NCBI GenBank assembly: GCA_030827135.1
Contig: JAURFE010000005.1
Coordinates: forward strand, 66,257 to 130,256
DNA length: 64,000 nucleotides
Reading direction: 5' to 3'
Source: Vicinamibacterales bacterium
GTDB lineage: Bacteria; Acidobacteriota; Vicinamibacteria; Vicinamibacterales; SCN-69-37
Under the pieces are notes generated by a model. It did not search any database, was not told where the DNA came from, and saw nothing but the letters and a program-made list of their open reading frames with translations. A program made the position numbers and the translations under genes. This document shows positions 16,692-25,486 of this stretch, one piece after another (position 1 is the first letter of the stretch; each line of letters starts with the position of its first letter).

Positions 16692-18439
16692 AACGACGGC
16701 CACAGGCGACGCAACAGCGCCAGACTGACCACAAAGATCCCGCCGGACACAAACGCGCTCGTCGTGTGGCCAAGCAGAAAGTGCCCCGTGCCGAACAACG
16801 CGGAATACACCAGCACACACCCGAGGGCCCAGGCCCCAAACGCCGCGTTCAGCGAATCGAGCGGCGCCAGATCCCCACACTGGGCGCGGGTCTTCGCCCA
16901 CCCCGGCCCGGCTGGTCGCGCGAGCCGGTAGAACCGTTGCAGCGTCACGGCATCGGTCGGCTCGGTCGCATACGCGACCACGACCCAGACGACGGTGGTG
17001 ACGGCCACGGTGGCCAGAAGCGTCTCGTGACTCTGCCACGCCATCCCCTGCCGTTCCAGGAGGAACACCACGAGTGCCAGCGCGAACGAACTGACCATCG
17101 CGGCAATTTCGCTCCACGCATTGATGCGCCACCAGAACCACCGGAGCAGATACAGCAGCCCGGTGCCGGCGCCGATCGAGAGCAGCAGATTGAAGCTGCC
17201 GCGGGCCGACTCCAGGACCATCGTCACCAGCGCGGCCACCAGCATCAGCAGGGCCGTGACCAGACGGCCGACCATCACGTAATGCGCTTCGGTCTGCCCA
17301 GGCTTCAAAAACCGCCGATACATGTCGTGCACCAGGTACGACGTCCCCCAGTTGAGGTGCGTGGAGATTGTCGAGATGTAGGCCGAGAGCAGGCCGGCCA
17401 CCATCAGCCCCAGGATGCCGGCCGGCAGAAACGTCAGCATGGCCGGGTACGCCATGTCGTGACCGAGCAGGCGCTGATCCACGTGCGGCAGCGCCCGGCC
17501 GATGTCGGCGACTTCCGGAAACACCAGCATCGACGCCAGCGCCACGATGAGCCAGGGCCACGGCCTGAGCGCGTAATGCGCGACGTTGAAAAGCAACGTG
17601 CCCGACAGCGCATCCCGTTCGGACTTCGCCGCGAGCATGCGCTGCGCGATGTAGCTGCCCCCGCCGGGCTCCGCCCCCGGGTACCAGGTGGACCACCACT
17701 GCACCGCCAGCGGCACGATGAAGATCGGCAGCGCCACGCCCCAGTCGCTGAGATCCGGCAACATGGCGAGCGTCTCGGGCCGGATTTTCTCAATCAGCCC
17801 GTCAAGCCCGCCCACCTCGGGGCGACGCAGGGCATACACGGCAGCCGCGATTGAGCCCGTCATCGCAATGCTGAACTGCAAAAAGTCCGTCACCAGCACT
17901 CCCCACAAACCGGAGACGGCGGCAAATGCGACGTTCAGCAGACTGCAGACGAGCAGCGTCTGCCCCATCGGCCAACCCAGCAGCACGTTGGCGATCTTCG
18001 CGGCCGCCAGATTGACCGCCGCCATGATCATCACGTTGAAGATCACGCCGAGATACACCGCCCTGAACCCGCGCACCCAGGTCGCCGCCCGGCCCGAGTA
18101 CCGCAACTCGTAGAACTCAAGGTCGGTGACCACGCCGAGTCGCCGCCATAACCTCGCGTAGAAAAACACCGTCGTCATGCCGGTGAGCAGGAACGCCCAC
18201 CACACCCAGTTGGCGGAGACGCCACCTTCGCGGACCAGATTCGTGACGAGGTTGGGCGTGTCGGTGCTGAACGTGGTCGCGACCATCGAGACGCCGACGA
18301 GCCACCAGGGCGCCGACCGGCCTGACGTGAAAAACTCCGTTGTGCTCTGCCCGGCGCGGCGCGCCATCCACAGCGCCGGCACAAACGAGATCACAATCGA
18401 TCCGACAACAATCACCCAGTCGAGCGTCGTCAGCTGCAT
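16673..18439 (-). CDS. sodium:solute symporter (SSF) family transporter
   Basis: 588 aa, about 13-14 hydrophobic helices. SSF-like N-terminus FFTSGRSAPWWLVGVSMVATTFSTDTPN. Confidence 0.85.
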   Translation of the reverse strand: MQLTTLDWVIVVGSIVISFVPALWMARRAGQSTTEFFTSGRSAPWWLVGVSMVATTFSTDTPNLVTNLVREGGVSANWVWWAFLLTGMTTVFFYARLWRRLGVVTDLEFYELRYSGRAATWVRGFRAVYLGVIFNVMIMAAVNLAAAKIANVLLGWPMGQTLLVCSLLNVAFAAVSGLWGVLVTDFLQFSIAMTGSIAAAVYALRRPEVGGLDGLIEKIRPETLAMLPDLSDWGVALPIFIVPLAVQWWSTWYPGAEPGGGSYIAQRMLAAKSERDALSGTLLFNVAHYALRPWPWLIVALASMLVFPEVADIGRALPHVDQRLLGHDMAYPAMLTFLPAGILGLMVAGLLSAYISTISTHLNWGTSYLVHDMYRRFLKPGQTEAHYVMVGRLVTALLMLVAALVTMVLESARGSFNLLLSIGAGTGLLYLLRWFWWRINAWSEIAAMVSSFALALVVFLLERQGMAWQSHETLLATVAVTTVVWVVVAYATEPTDAVTLQRFYRLARPAGPGWAKTRAQCGDLAPLDSLNAAFGAWALGCVLVYSALFGTGHFLLGHTTSAFVSGGIFVVSLALLRRLWPSLWTSPS

Positions 18440-18454
18440 GGACTCTCCGCGGCC

Positions 18455-19222
18455 CTACCGGCCGGTGAACTTCGCCGGCCGCTTCTCAAGAAACGCCGTC
18501 GTGCCTTCCTGCTTGTCGTCGGACTGAAAACAAATTGCCTGCGCCAGGGTCTCGATGAGCAGGCCGGACTCGAGATCAACCCTCGCGGACGCGTTGATCG
18601 CGGCCTTGGCCAGCCGGATGGCCAGTGGCCCCCGTGACAGGATGCGGTCTGCCAGCGCACGCGCGGTGGAAAGCACGTCGGCACCAGGCACGACCTGTGA
18701 CACGAGTCCCCAGGCCAGCGCCGTCGGCGCATCGATGGGGTCCCCGGTCAGGATCATGTGTTTGGCGCGGCCGAGGCCAATCAGTCGCGGAAGGCGCTGT
18801 GTCCCGCCTGCGCCGGGAATGATCCCGAGGGCCACTTCGGGCTGTGCGAACCGTGCGTGATCAGCAGCCACGCGCAAGTCGCACGCGATCGCCAGTTCAC
18901 ACCCCCCGCCAAACGCGAGACCGTTGACGGCGGCAATCGTGATCTTTGGACACCGGTCGACCAACGCAAACAACGACTGATTGATCGCCGCCAGGCCATC
19001 GTCGCGCCCACGCGCCTTGATCGCGTTGATGTCGGCTCCGGAGACAAAGACCTTGTCGCCGCCCCCGGTGATGATGATCGCGCCGATGTCGTTGTTGGCG
19101 ATGAGCGACGTCAGCGCCGCGGTCATTTCCTGCACGGTGGCCGAATCGAGGGCGTTACGCACCTCCGGACGGTTGACGCACAGTGTCGCCACGCGCCCGT
19201 CGATCGTGACCTCAATATTCAT
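18455..19222 (-). CDS. enoyl-CoA hydratase/isomerase (crotonase)
   Basis: NRPEVRNAL, FVSGADI, GGGCELAIACDLRVA, FLEKRPAKFTGR. Confidence 0.9.
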   Translation of the reverse strand: MNIEVTIDGRVATLCVNRPEVRNALDSATVQEMTAALTSLIANNDIGAIIITGGGDKVFVSGADINAIKARGRDDGLAAINQSLFALVDRCPKITIAAVNGLAFGGGCELAIACDLRVAADHARFAQPEVALGIIPGAGGTQRLPRLIGLGRAKHMILTGDPIDAPTALAWGLVSQVVPGADVLSTARALADRILSRGPLAIRLAKAAINASARVDLESGLLIETLAQAICFQSDDKQEGTTAFLEKRPAKFTGR

Positions 19223-20063
19223 AGACGCCCTTGCCGACCTTCTTCCCGAGACGGCCGGCTCTGACGTACTGCGAGAGCAGCGGGCACGGCCGGTATTTCT
19301 CGCCCATGCTGCGATGCAGGTATTCGAGAATGCTCAGGCGCGTGTCGAGCCCCACCAGATCCACCAGTTCAAACGGTCCCATCGGGTGGTTCAGTCCGAG
19401 CTTCAACGCCTTGTCGATGTCGCGCGCCGACGCCACGCCTTCCATCAGCATGTAGAACGCCTCATTGCCGATGCTGGCGTTCACGCGTGTGGTGATGAAT
19501 CCCGGCGCCTCGCGCACGAGCACCGTCTCCTTGCCCATCCGCTTCGAGACAGCTTCGATCGTCTCAAGCGCGCGTTCGCTTGATTCCAGCGCCCGCACAA
19601 TTTCGATGAGCTTCATCTTGTGCACGGGGTTGAAGAAGTGCATCCCGGCGACACGGCTGGGGTCACTGAGCGTCGCAGCCATCTCGGTGATGCTCAACGC
19701 CGACGTGTTGCTCGCGACAATCGTGGACGGTGGCGCGTGGGCTTCGATGTCGGCAAACAGCCTGACCTTGAGGTCGATGCGCTCCGGCGCCGTCTCGATG
19801 ATCAGATCCACACCGGCCAGCGCCGTGGCGATATCAGACGAGGTGGAGAGACGGCCGATCGCGGCATCGGCATCAGCGGTCTGCAGTTTGCCGAGTTCGA
19901 CCGCCTTGCGCAGGATGCCGTCGATCTGGGCGTGTGCTTTGGCCAGCTGTGCGTCGGACACGTCATACAAACGTGTCTCGAACCCTGACGACGCGGCGGC
20001 GTGCGCCACCCCGTGCCCCATGGTGCCGGCGCCAAGCACCGCGATACTGCGAATCTCTGTCAT
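19212..20063 (-). CDS. 3-hydroxyacyl-CoA (3-hydroxybutyryl-CoA) dehydrogenase
   Basis: VLGAGTMGHGVA Rossmann motif, NTSALSITE, HFFNPVHKMKLIEIV; 283 aa. Confidence 0.9.
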   Translation of the reverse strand: MTEIRSIAVLGAGTMGHGVAHAAASSGFETRLYDVSDAQLAKAHAQIDGILRKAVELGKLQTADADAAIGRLSTSSDIATALAGVDLIIETAPERIDLKVRLFADIEAHAPPSTIVASNTSALSITEMAATLSDPSRVAGMHFFNPVHKMKLIEIVRALESSERALETIEAVSKRMGKETVLVREAPGFITTRVNASIGNEAFYMLMEGVASARDIDKALKLGLNHPMGPFELVDLVGLDTRLSILEYLHRSMGEKYRPCPLLSQYVRAGRLGKKVGKGVYEY

Positions 20064-21211
20064 CTGTCTCCGACCAACTCTGCCAGGATCTCGACCGCGT
20101 GGTCGATCTCGGCTTCCGTATTGTAGAAGTGCGGCGCGATCCGGATCCCGGCTCCGGGACGATAGTCCACGATCACGTTCCGCGCAATCAGCGCCTGGGT
20201 CACCGCCGCGCCGTCCGGCACGTCAATGACCACCGACGCGCCCCGTTCTCCATCGCCATCGGGGGTATTCAATCGCCACCCCCTCGCAGCCGCCGCGTCC
20301 ATCAGCCGGCGCGTCAGCCGCAGGGACTTCTCGCGAATCGCCGGCACGCCGATCTCGGCGACGATCTCATAGCCGCCACGCGCCGAATACAGCGAGGGCA
20401 CGTTCGGGGTGCCGCTCTGAAAGCGCTCCAGGCCGTCGGCATACGCGATGGGGCCCGGTTCAAACTGGAAGGGCTGCGCGTGTCCGGCCCAGCCGACCAC
20501 CGCCGGCTTCAGGGCATGCATCAAGTCAGGCCGCACGTAGAGATAGCCGGCGCCCGGTCCGCCGCACAGCCACTTCACGCTGCCGCCGACCGCAAAGTCG
20601 ATGCCCAGCGCGGTCACATCCACCGGAACCGCGCCGGCCGTCTGATACAGGTCGAGCACCACCCGCGCGCCCACCCGATGGGCTTTGTCGATTACCGGAC
20701 GCACATCCTGAAGGTGCGCACTCCGGAACAACACGAGCGACAGGTTCACAAACGCGGTGTGTTCATCAATCGCGTCCACAACCCGGTCAATCCGTCCGCG
20801 CACGCGGTCGTCGGACGAGACCGTGACGACCTCGGCGCCGTACCGCTCGAAGCCGTGGAACAGATAGTGATTCGACGGAAAGTCCAGGTCCTGCACGACG
20901 ATCCGTCGCCGCGGACCATCAAAGGAAAAACACGACGTGACGATCGACTGCGCCACGGTCGCGTTCTGATGCATCGAAATCGTGCCGGGTGCCGCGCCAA
21001 TGGTTGGAGCCAGGAGGTCGCCGGTCACCCGGCCGACCTCCCACCACCCCTCGTGCCACGCCCGCACGCCACGGGTGCTCCACTCGCGCGCAAACGTCGA
21101 GAGATGGCGTTCCGTCCTCGCCGGCATCGCCCCCAGTGAATGGCTCACCAGGTACGTGCACGTGTCGAGAATCGGGAATTCACTGCGCCACGCCGCTAAA
21201 GAGTCACTCAT
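20060..21211 (-). CDS. kynU: kynureninase-like class V PLP-dependent enzyme
   Basis: Collinear with what I recall of kynureninases: DLYQTAGAVPVDV, FAVGGSVKWLCGGPGAGYLYV (PLP-Lys region), GWAGHAQPFQFEP, VIVDYRPGAGIRIAPHFYNT. Start ATG 21211 (MSDSLAAW); the track start 21244 lies in the repeat. Confidence 0.7.
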   Translation of the reverse strand: MSDSLAAWRSEFPILDTCTYLVSHSLGAMPARTERHLSTFAREWSTRGVRAWHEGWWEVGRVTGDLLAPTIGAAPGTISMHQNATVAQSIVTSCFSFDGPRRRIVVQDLDFPSNHYLFHGFERYGAEVVTVSSDDRVRGRIDRVVDAIDEHTAFVNLSLVLFRSAHLQDVRPVIDKAHRVGARVVLDLYQTAGAVPVDVTALGIDFAVGGSVKWLCGGPGAGYLYVRPDLMHALKPAVVGWAGHAQPFQFEPGPIAYADGLERFQSGTPNVPSLYSARGGYEIVAEIGVPAIREKSLRLTRRLMDAAAARGWRLNTPDGDGERGASVVIDVPDGAAVTQALIARNVIVDYRPGAGIRIAPHFYNTEAEIDHAVEILAELVGDR

Positions 21212-21221
21212 GGCGTTTTCT

Positions 21222-21376
21222 GTGGTTCGTGGTTCATGGTTCATCGGTTCATGGTTCAGCGGTTCTGTTCATGGTTCTGGGTGCCGGGTTCGTCGTTCAA
21301 GGTTCAAGGTCGGTTCGAGGTTCCTCGGAACCCCGAACCAGCACCATGAACCATGAACCGATGAACCATGAACCCC
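21222..21376. repeat. GGTTCAT-family palindromic array
   Basis: The 27-mer ggttcatggttcatcggttcatggttc (21231-21257) has its exact reverse complement at 21348-21374. The 90-nt centre contains further degenerate units. Confidence 0.95.
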
Positions 21377-21382
21377 GTTGGC

Positions 21383-23044
21383 CTAGCCAACGATGCGCAG
21401 CGGCATCGCCGTCGGCGCCATGACCTTGAAAATCGGCACCAGCGGCGGCGTGGCCGCCTGGCCGCCGCCCCGGCCTGCGCCGGCACCACGGCCACCGCGG
21501 CCGCCGGCCGCCGCCTGCGGCGGCGCATCGTCATCGGCCGGGCCCGCCGCGCGAGCGCCGGGGCGCGACAACCAGGCGTCCATGCGGTTCCAGTAGATGA
21601 CGCTGTCGGTGGACTCGGGCTCGAGCAGGTGCACGGCCACGCGGCCCTGCATCTGTGCCGTGCGCACGACGTAACTGCCGGCCGGGAAGGTCCGCGTGAG
21701 GTTCAGCACCTCGCCCACCTGAATCGTGGCAGCGGCGGCGTGGTTGTACTGCTGGCTGTAGGTGACCCCCGCGACCGTGTACGCCGCGATGTTGAGTGAC
21801 GACGCGGTCGTCAGCTGCTCGACGGTGATGTTGTGCCGGCGCAGCAGGGCCACCGCCTCTGTGGCTTCACGCGGCAACACATACGCATACGGACGAGGCC
21901 GGGAGATGACCGGCACCGGCTTCTTCATGAGCTTGGCGCCCTTGACCTCGACGATCTTCCGGTTTTCCCCCTGCCCTTCGCCGATCAGATAGTTCACGAG
22001 TTCGTCTTCGGCTTCGTACCGCACTTCAATCGGGACGATGTCGCCGGGCTTCTCGCCCAGGGCGATGGTCTCGCGGCGGGCACGGTCCACGGTCTCGCGC
22101 AGCGCCGTGCGATTGGCGCGCGACCACTCGACGACCGCCTTGTAGCCGAGGATGCCGGCCTTCACGCCCGTCTCCATCGGCTGCCCACCCGGCGACTCAA
22201 ACAAGATGCCGACCGAGTTGGCAAACGCGCCGTAGTTGCGGCCGATCCGCGGCTCGGTGCCGCCGACGTTCCACTGTTCCGCGTTGCCGCCCTGGTAGTA
22301 CCACGACCGGAACTGCTCCGCTTCCAGCCGCTTGTCGATCGCCGGGAAGATGCTCTTGTCGCACAGTTGGGTGATGCGCATGTCGTGCGCGGAGTGGCTG
22401 CCACACTGGTAGTTCAGGTTGTACGGAAACGCGCCGCCGTTGTGGCCGTCGATGAAGAGATACGGCTGCCACTTGAGCAGGATGTTCTGGACGTAGCCCT
22501 GGATCTCGGGCTGCTCCAGCTTCATGTAGTCGCGATTGAGATCCAGCCCCCACAGATTGCCGCGCGTCGGATTCGGCTCGGCCGAAAACCCATCGGGGTT
22601 GATCTGCGGGACCACGATGATGACGAGGTCGTCGAGATGGCGGTTGGCTTCGGAGTTCCGGTCGGCCAGTTCGCGCATCAGGATCAGCACCGACTCGCGC
22701 AAGGTGCGCTCGCCGCCGTGGACGCCGGCGGCCAGCACGATGACCGGCTTGCCGAGGGCCCAGGCTTCCCACGGCTGCGTGACGGTGGGGCGGCTGTAAA
22801 TTGCATACGGCAGCGCCCGGGCCGAATGGGTTTCCCCGTAGGTCCCCAGACGCATCTCCAGGCTGCGCGCCTGCAGGTCCTCCAGGTACTTCATCATGTT
22901 GGCGTAGGTGGTGTACTCGGTGAACTTCGACGTCTCCGCCTGTGTCCGCAGATCCGCCACACTCTGCGTCTGCGCCCCGGGCGCCGCCACCAGCGCACAC
23001 ACCACCGCCACCATCGCCGTCATCACTGTTCGGATTCGCTTCAT
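21383..23044 (-). CDS. M14 family zinc carboxypeptidase, secreted, Gly/Arg-rich C-terminal tail
   Basis: Signal peptide MKRIRTVMTAMVAVVCALVAAPGAQ, Zn ligand motif GVHGGERT (HxxE), second His in IDGHNGG, tail AAGGRGGRGAGAGRGGGQ. Confidence 0.85.
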   Translation of the reverse strand: MKRIRTVMTAMVAVVCALVAAPGAQTQSVADLRTQAETSKFTEYTTYANMMKYLEDLQARSLEMRLGTYGETHSARALPYAIYSRPTVTQPWEAWALGKPVIVLAAGVHGGERTLRESVLILMRELADRNSEANRHLDDLVIIVVPQINPDGFSAEPNPTRGNLWGLDLNRDYMKLEQPEIQGYVQNILLKWQPYLFIDGHNGGAFPYNLNYQCGSHSAHDMRITQLCDKSIFPAIDKRLEAEQFRSWYYQGGNAEQWNVGGTEPRIGRNYGAFANSVGILFESPGGQPMETGVKAGILGYKAVVEWSRANRTALRETVDRARRETIALGEKPGDIVPIEVRYEAEDELVNYLIGEGQGENRKIVEVKGAKLMKKPVPVISRPRPYAYVLPREATEAVALLRRHNITVEQLTTASSLNIAAYTVAGVTYSQQYNHAAAATIQVGEVLNLTRTFPAGSYVVRTAQMQGRVAVHLLEPESTDSVIYWNRMDAWLSRPGARAAGPADDDAPPQAAAGGRGGRGAGAGRGGGQAATPPLVPIFKVMAPTAMPLRIVG

Positions 23045-23070
23045 CGACTCTCTCTCCTGCATTCGAGAAC

Positions 23071-23096
23071 TTCTGGACTTCTGGACCCCTGGACTT
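23071..23096. repeat. GTCCAG-family tandem 8-mers (x3) in the S1-M14 spacer
   Basis: On the plus strand, ctggac occurs at 23073, 23081 and 23089 with an 8-nt period. Confidence 0.85.
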
Positions 23097-23100
23097 CGAT

Positions 23101-23913
23101 TCATCGCTCTCCCACGTTTGGCACATGCTGCCGAATGAAGTTCCTGACGTTGGTGTTGAAAACTGCCTGAAAGAAATTGGTGCCCTCGTTACACGCCGCC
23201 GACGACGTCGCCGAGGTAATCCCGCCAATTGCCCATCGCCCGCCTTCCTGAAGGAGGATGGAGCCCCCGGAGTCGCCCGAACAGACGGAGGCCGACGGCG
23301 GTGCAAACCGCGTCTGCAGAAAATTGGCGTTCACGGCGGAAATCGTCGTGGCGCCGGCCTTCAGATTGGTGGTGACGTCGTTTTCGTCGCGTCCCCAGCC
23401 GGAGACCACGGCCGTCTCACCCACACGCCCCTCACGGCTTGTGAGGATGGGCAGCGGGGTGCGGGGGATGTCCTGGGTGAACAGCAACACGCCAACGTCG
23501 AATGTGTTCGGCGCGTTGAAGACAAATCCCGGATAGAAGTGAATGCTGGCGGCGGGAATCTGATCCCCGCTGCCGAGGAATATGAGGGCCGCCGTGACCT
23601 CTTCGTCCACACAATGGGCGGCCGTCAGCACCGCCCGCGGAGCGATCACGGTGCCGGTGCAGATGCCGGCCGAGGGACCCGCCGCCGTGCGCAGATTCAC
23701 GCGAACCACCGCCGAGTGTGCGGGGCTGCACACGCCCCCGCTCAACACGGCGGGTCTGGCATCACTCGACGCGGTGCCGAGCGCGCCGCAGGCATCAACC
23801 GCCGGCGCCGGGGTCGTCACCGGCGGCGTCGTGGGCGCAGCCGGCCCACCGCACGCAGCGGCGAACGCCGCTGTGAGGATCCCGAAGACCGCGCGCCGCA
23901 TGCGGGAAAGCAT
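23101..23913 (-). CDS. trypsin-like (S1) serine protease lipoprotein
   Basis: Lipobox FAAACGG, His motif VLTAAHCV, Ser motif CSGDSGGS. Confidence 0.85.
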   Translation of the reverse strand: MLSRMRRAVFGILTAAFAAACGGPAAPTTPPVTTPAPAVDACGALGTASSDARPAVLSGGVCSPAHSAVVRVNLRTAAGPSAGICTGTVIAPRAVLTAAHCVDEEVTAALIFLGSGDQIPAASIHFYPGFVFNAPNTFDVGVLLFTQDIPRTPLPILTSREGRVGETAVVSGWGRDENDVTTNLKAGATTISAVNANFLQTRFAPPSASVCSGDSGGSILLQEGGRWAIGGITSATSSAACNEGTNFFQAVFNTNVRNFIRQHVPNVGER

Positions 23914-23921
23914 AGTCGCTT

Positions 23922-25448
23922 CTACTGCCTGCCGGGCGTGATCTTGAAGCGCTCCACGATCGGCAGACCGGCCTCGAAGTCAAAAAACGTGACTTCCTTG
24001 AGCCGGCGGAGCGCCTGCTGGTAGCCGCGGTACGCGTTGAGCAGATTGGTGGCCGTGGTGGATTCGCGGGACAGCGCCTGCATGAGGTCCGACAGGCCCA
24101 CTTCCCCCGCGCGGTACCGCGCCACGGTGGTTTCGGTGAGGTCGTGCGCCAGCCGCAGGGTATCAAGCATGGTCTGAGTCCGGCGACCGTAGTCGTTGAG
24201 ACTGCTGACGAGATTCCGGACTTCGGTCTCGATTTCCGACAGCGCCTGCTGCTCGGAGAGGTGCGCGCGATCGAGCGAGAACTGCTGCGCCTGGATGCGG
24301 TGCTGCCGCTGCCCCCAGTCCCAGATCGGCACGGTGGCATTGACCTCGACCGTGTAGCTGTTGCGCGGCTCGCTCCACAGATTCTGAAACCGCGGGTCCT
24401 GCACCTCGCGGCCGTAGGTCAGGCCGAGATTCATGCGGAACGCGTTGCCGCCCCGGGTCTCGTCAAGGCGAATCTCGTTTTCCCGGGTCGCAATCGCCAA
24501 CTGGCGGATCCGCGGCGTCAGCGTGGACGCCAGCCGGATCGCTTCATCGACACTGACCGTGACCGGCGCGATCTCGAGGCTGGCCTTGACGGTGACCGGT
24601 GTTGACGGAGCCATCTGGATGCGCTGTTTGATGGTCTGTTCGCGGTTGCGCAGATTGTTGGCGGACTGACTCTCGGCTTCCCGCGCGTTGGCCAGCTCCA
24701 CGCGCAACAGGTCCAGATCGCCGGCGCGCGTCGGGTTGTTCTCCACCACCTCGCGGACGGCCTCCATCGCCATGACGAGGTCGCGGGCAAACTCGCTGGC
24801 GCGCTCCACCCGGAAGGCATCGCTCACCAGATCGGCAAAGTCGGTGGCGTAGTCATCAATGGCCCCGACCACGTCGCTGGCGTAGCGCAATTCGGCCTTC
24901 TCCAGATTGAGTTCGGCCGCCTCGAGGTCGTTTTTCATCGTGTTGGGCTGAAACAGGGGCTGGTTGTAGGCGATGAAGTAGCGGTTGTAGAAGGTCGTGT
25001 CCTTGTCGTTGCCGTCCACCTGCGTGTAGCGGTACACGCGGTTGTTGAGCGACAACACGCCATTGGTGGGATAGCCGAACAGGATCACCGGCTGCCGGAT
25101 CGACATCTCGGCCTGGAACCGGCGCGTGTCCTCGCGCACCAGTTCGTTGCGCTGCAGCGTGGAGTTCCATTTGTTGTCCGAGATCTTCTGGAAGTGCGGC
25201 GCCGCGATGCTCAGCGACACGCGGGACTTCATCCCGGCGCGCTCCGCACTGAGCAGGCTCCGCGTGCGTTCCACTTCCAGCTGGAGGTGTCGCACCCGAT
25301 AACTGTCCCGCAGGCCCAGCTCCACCATGCGGTCGAGGGTGAGTTCCACCGGCGCTTCCTGCCCCGTGGTCTGCACCTGCGCTAAGACCATGCCCGGCGC
25401 GCAGAAGAGCGCCAGAGCCCACCCGTACCTTCGCAGCTTCACCCGCAT
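23922..25448 (-). CDS. TolC-family outer membrane protein
   Basis: Signal peptide MRVKLRRYGWALALFCAPGMVLAQ. Two-repeat coiled-coil/beta architecture with Leu/Arg/Glu-rich helical segments typical of outer membrane efflux proteins. About 508 aa. Confidence 0.75.
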   Translation of the reverse strand: MRVKLRRYGWALALFCAPGMVLAQVQTTGQEAPVELTLDRMVELGLRDSYRVRHLQLEVERTRSLLSAERAGMKSRVSLSIAAPHFQKISDNKWNSTLQRNELVREDTRRFQAEMSIRQPVILFGYPTNGVLSLNNRVYRYTQVDGNDKDTTFYNRYFIAYNQPLFQPNTMKNDLEAAELNLEKAELRYASDVVGAIDDYATDFADLVSDAFRVERASEFARDLVMAMEAVREVVENNPTRAGDLDLLRVELANAREAESQSANNLRNREQTIKQRIQMAPSTPVTVKASLEIAPVTVSVDEAIRLASTLTPRIRQLAIATRENEIRLDETRGGNAFRMNLGLTYGREVQDPRFQNLWSEPRNSYTVEVNATVPIWDWGQRQHRIQAQQFSLDRAHLSEQQALSEIETEVRNLVSSLNDYGRRTQTMLDTLRLAHDLTETTVARYRAGEVGLSDLMQALSRESTTATNLLNAYRGYQQALRRLKEVTFFDFEAGLPIVERFKITPGRQ

Positions 25449-25486
25449 CCCCACATTGTATAAGCTCCACCGTGGAGGCCCCATCC

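Noticed and set aside
15846-17699. 617-aa ORF read as one gene
   Set aside because: Only the C-terminal ~281 aa (from LARGLGTRM) look like a nucleotidyltransferase. The N-terminal part overlaps the symporter gene on the same strand in another frame and is Arg/Gly/Ala junk.
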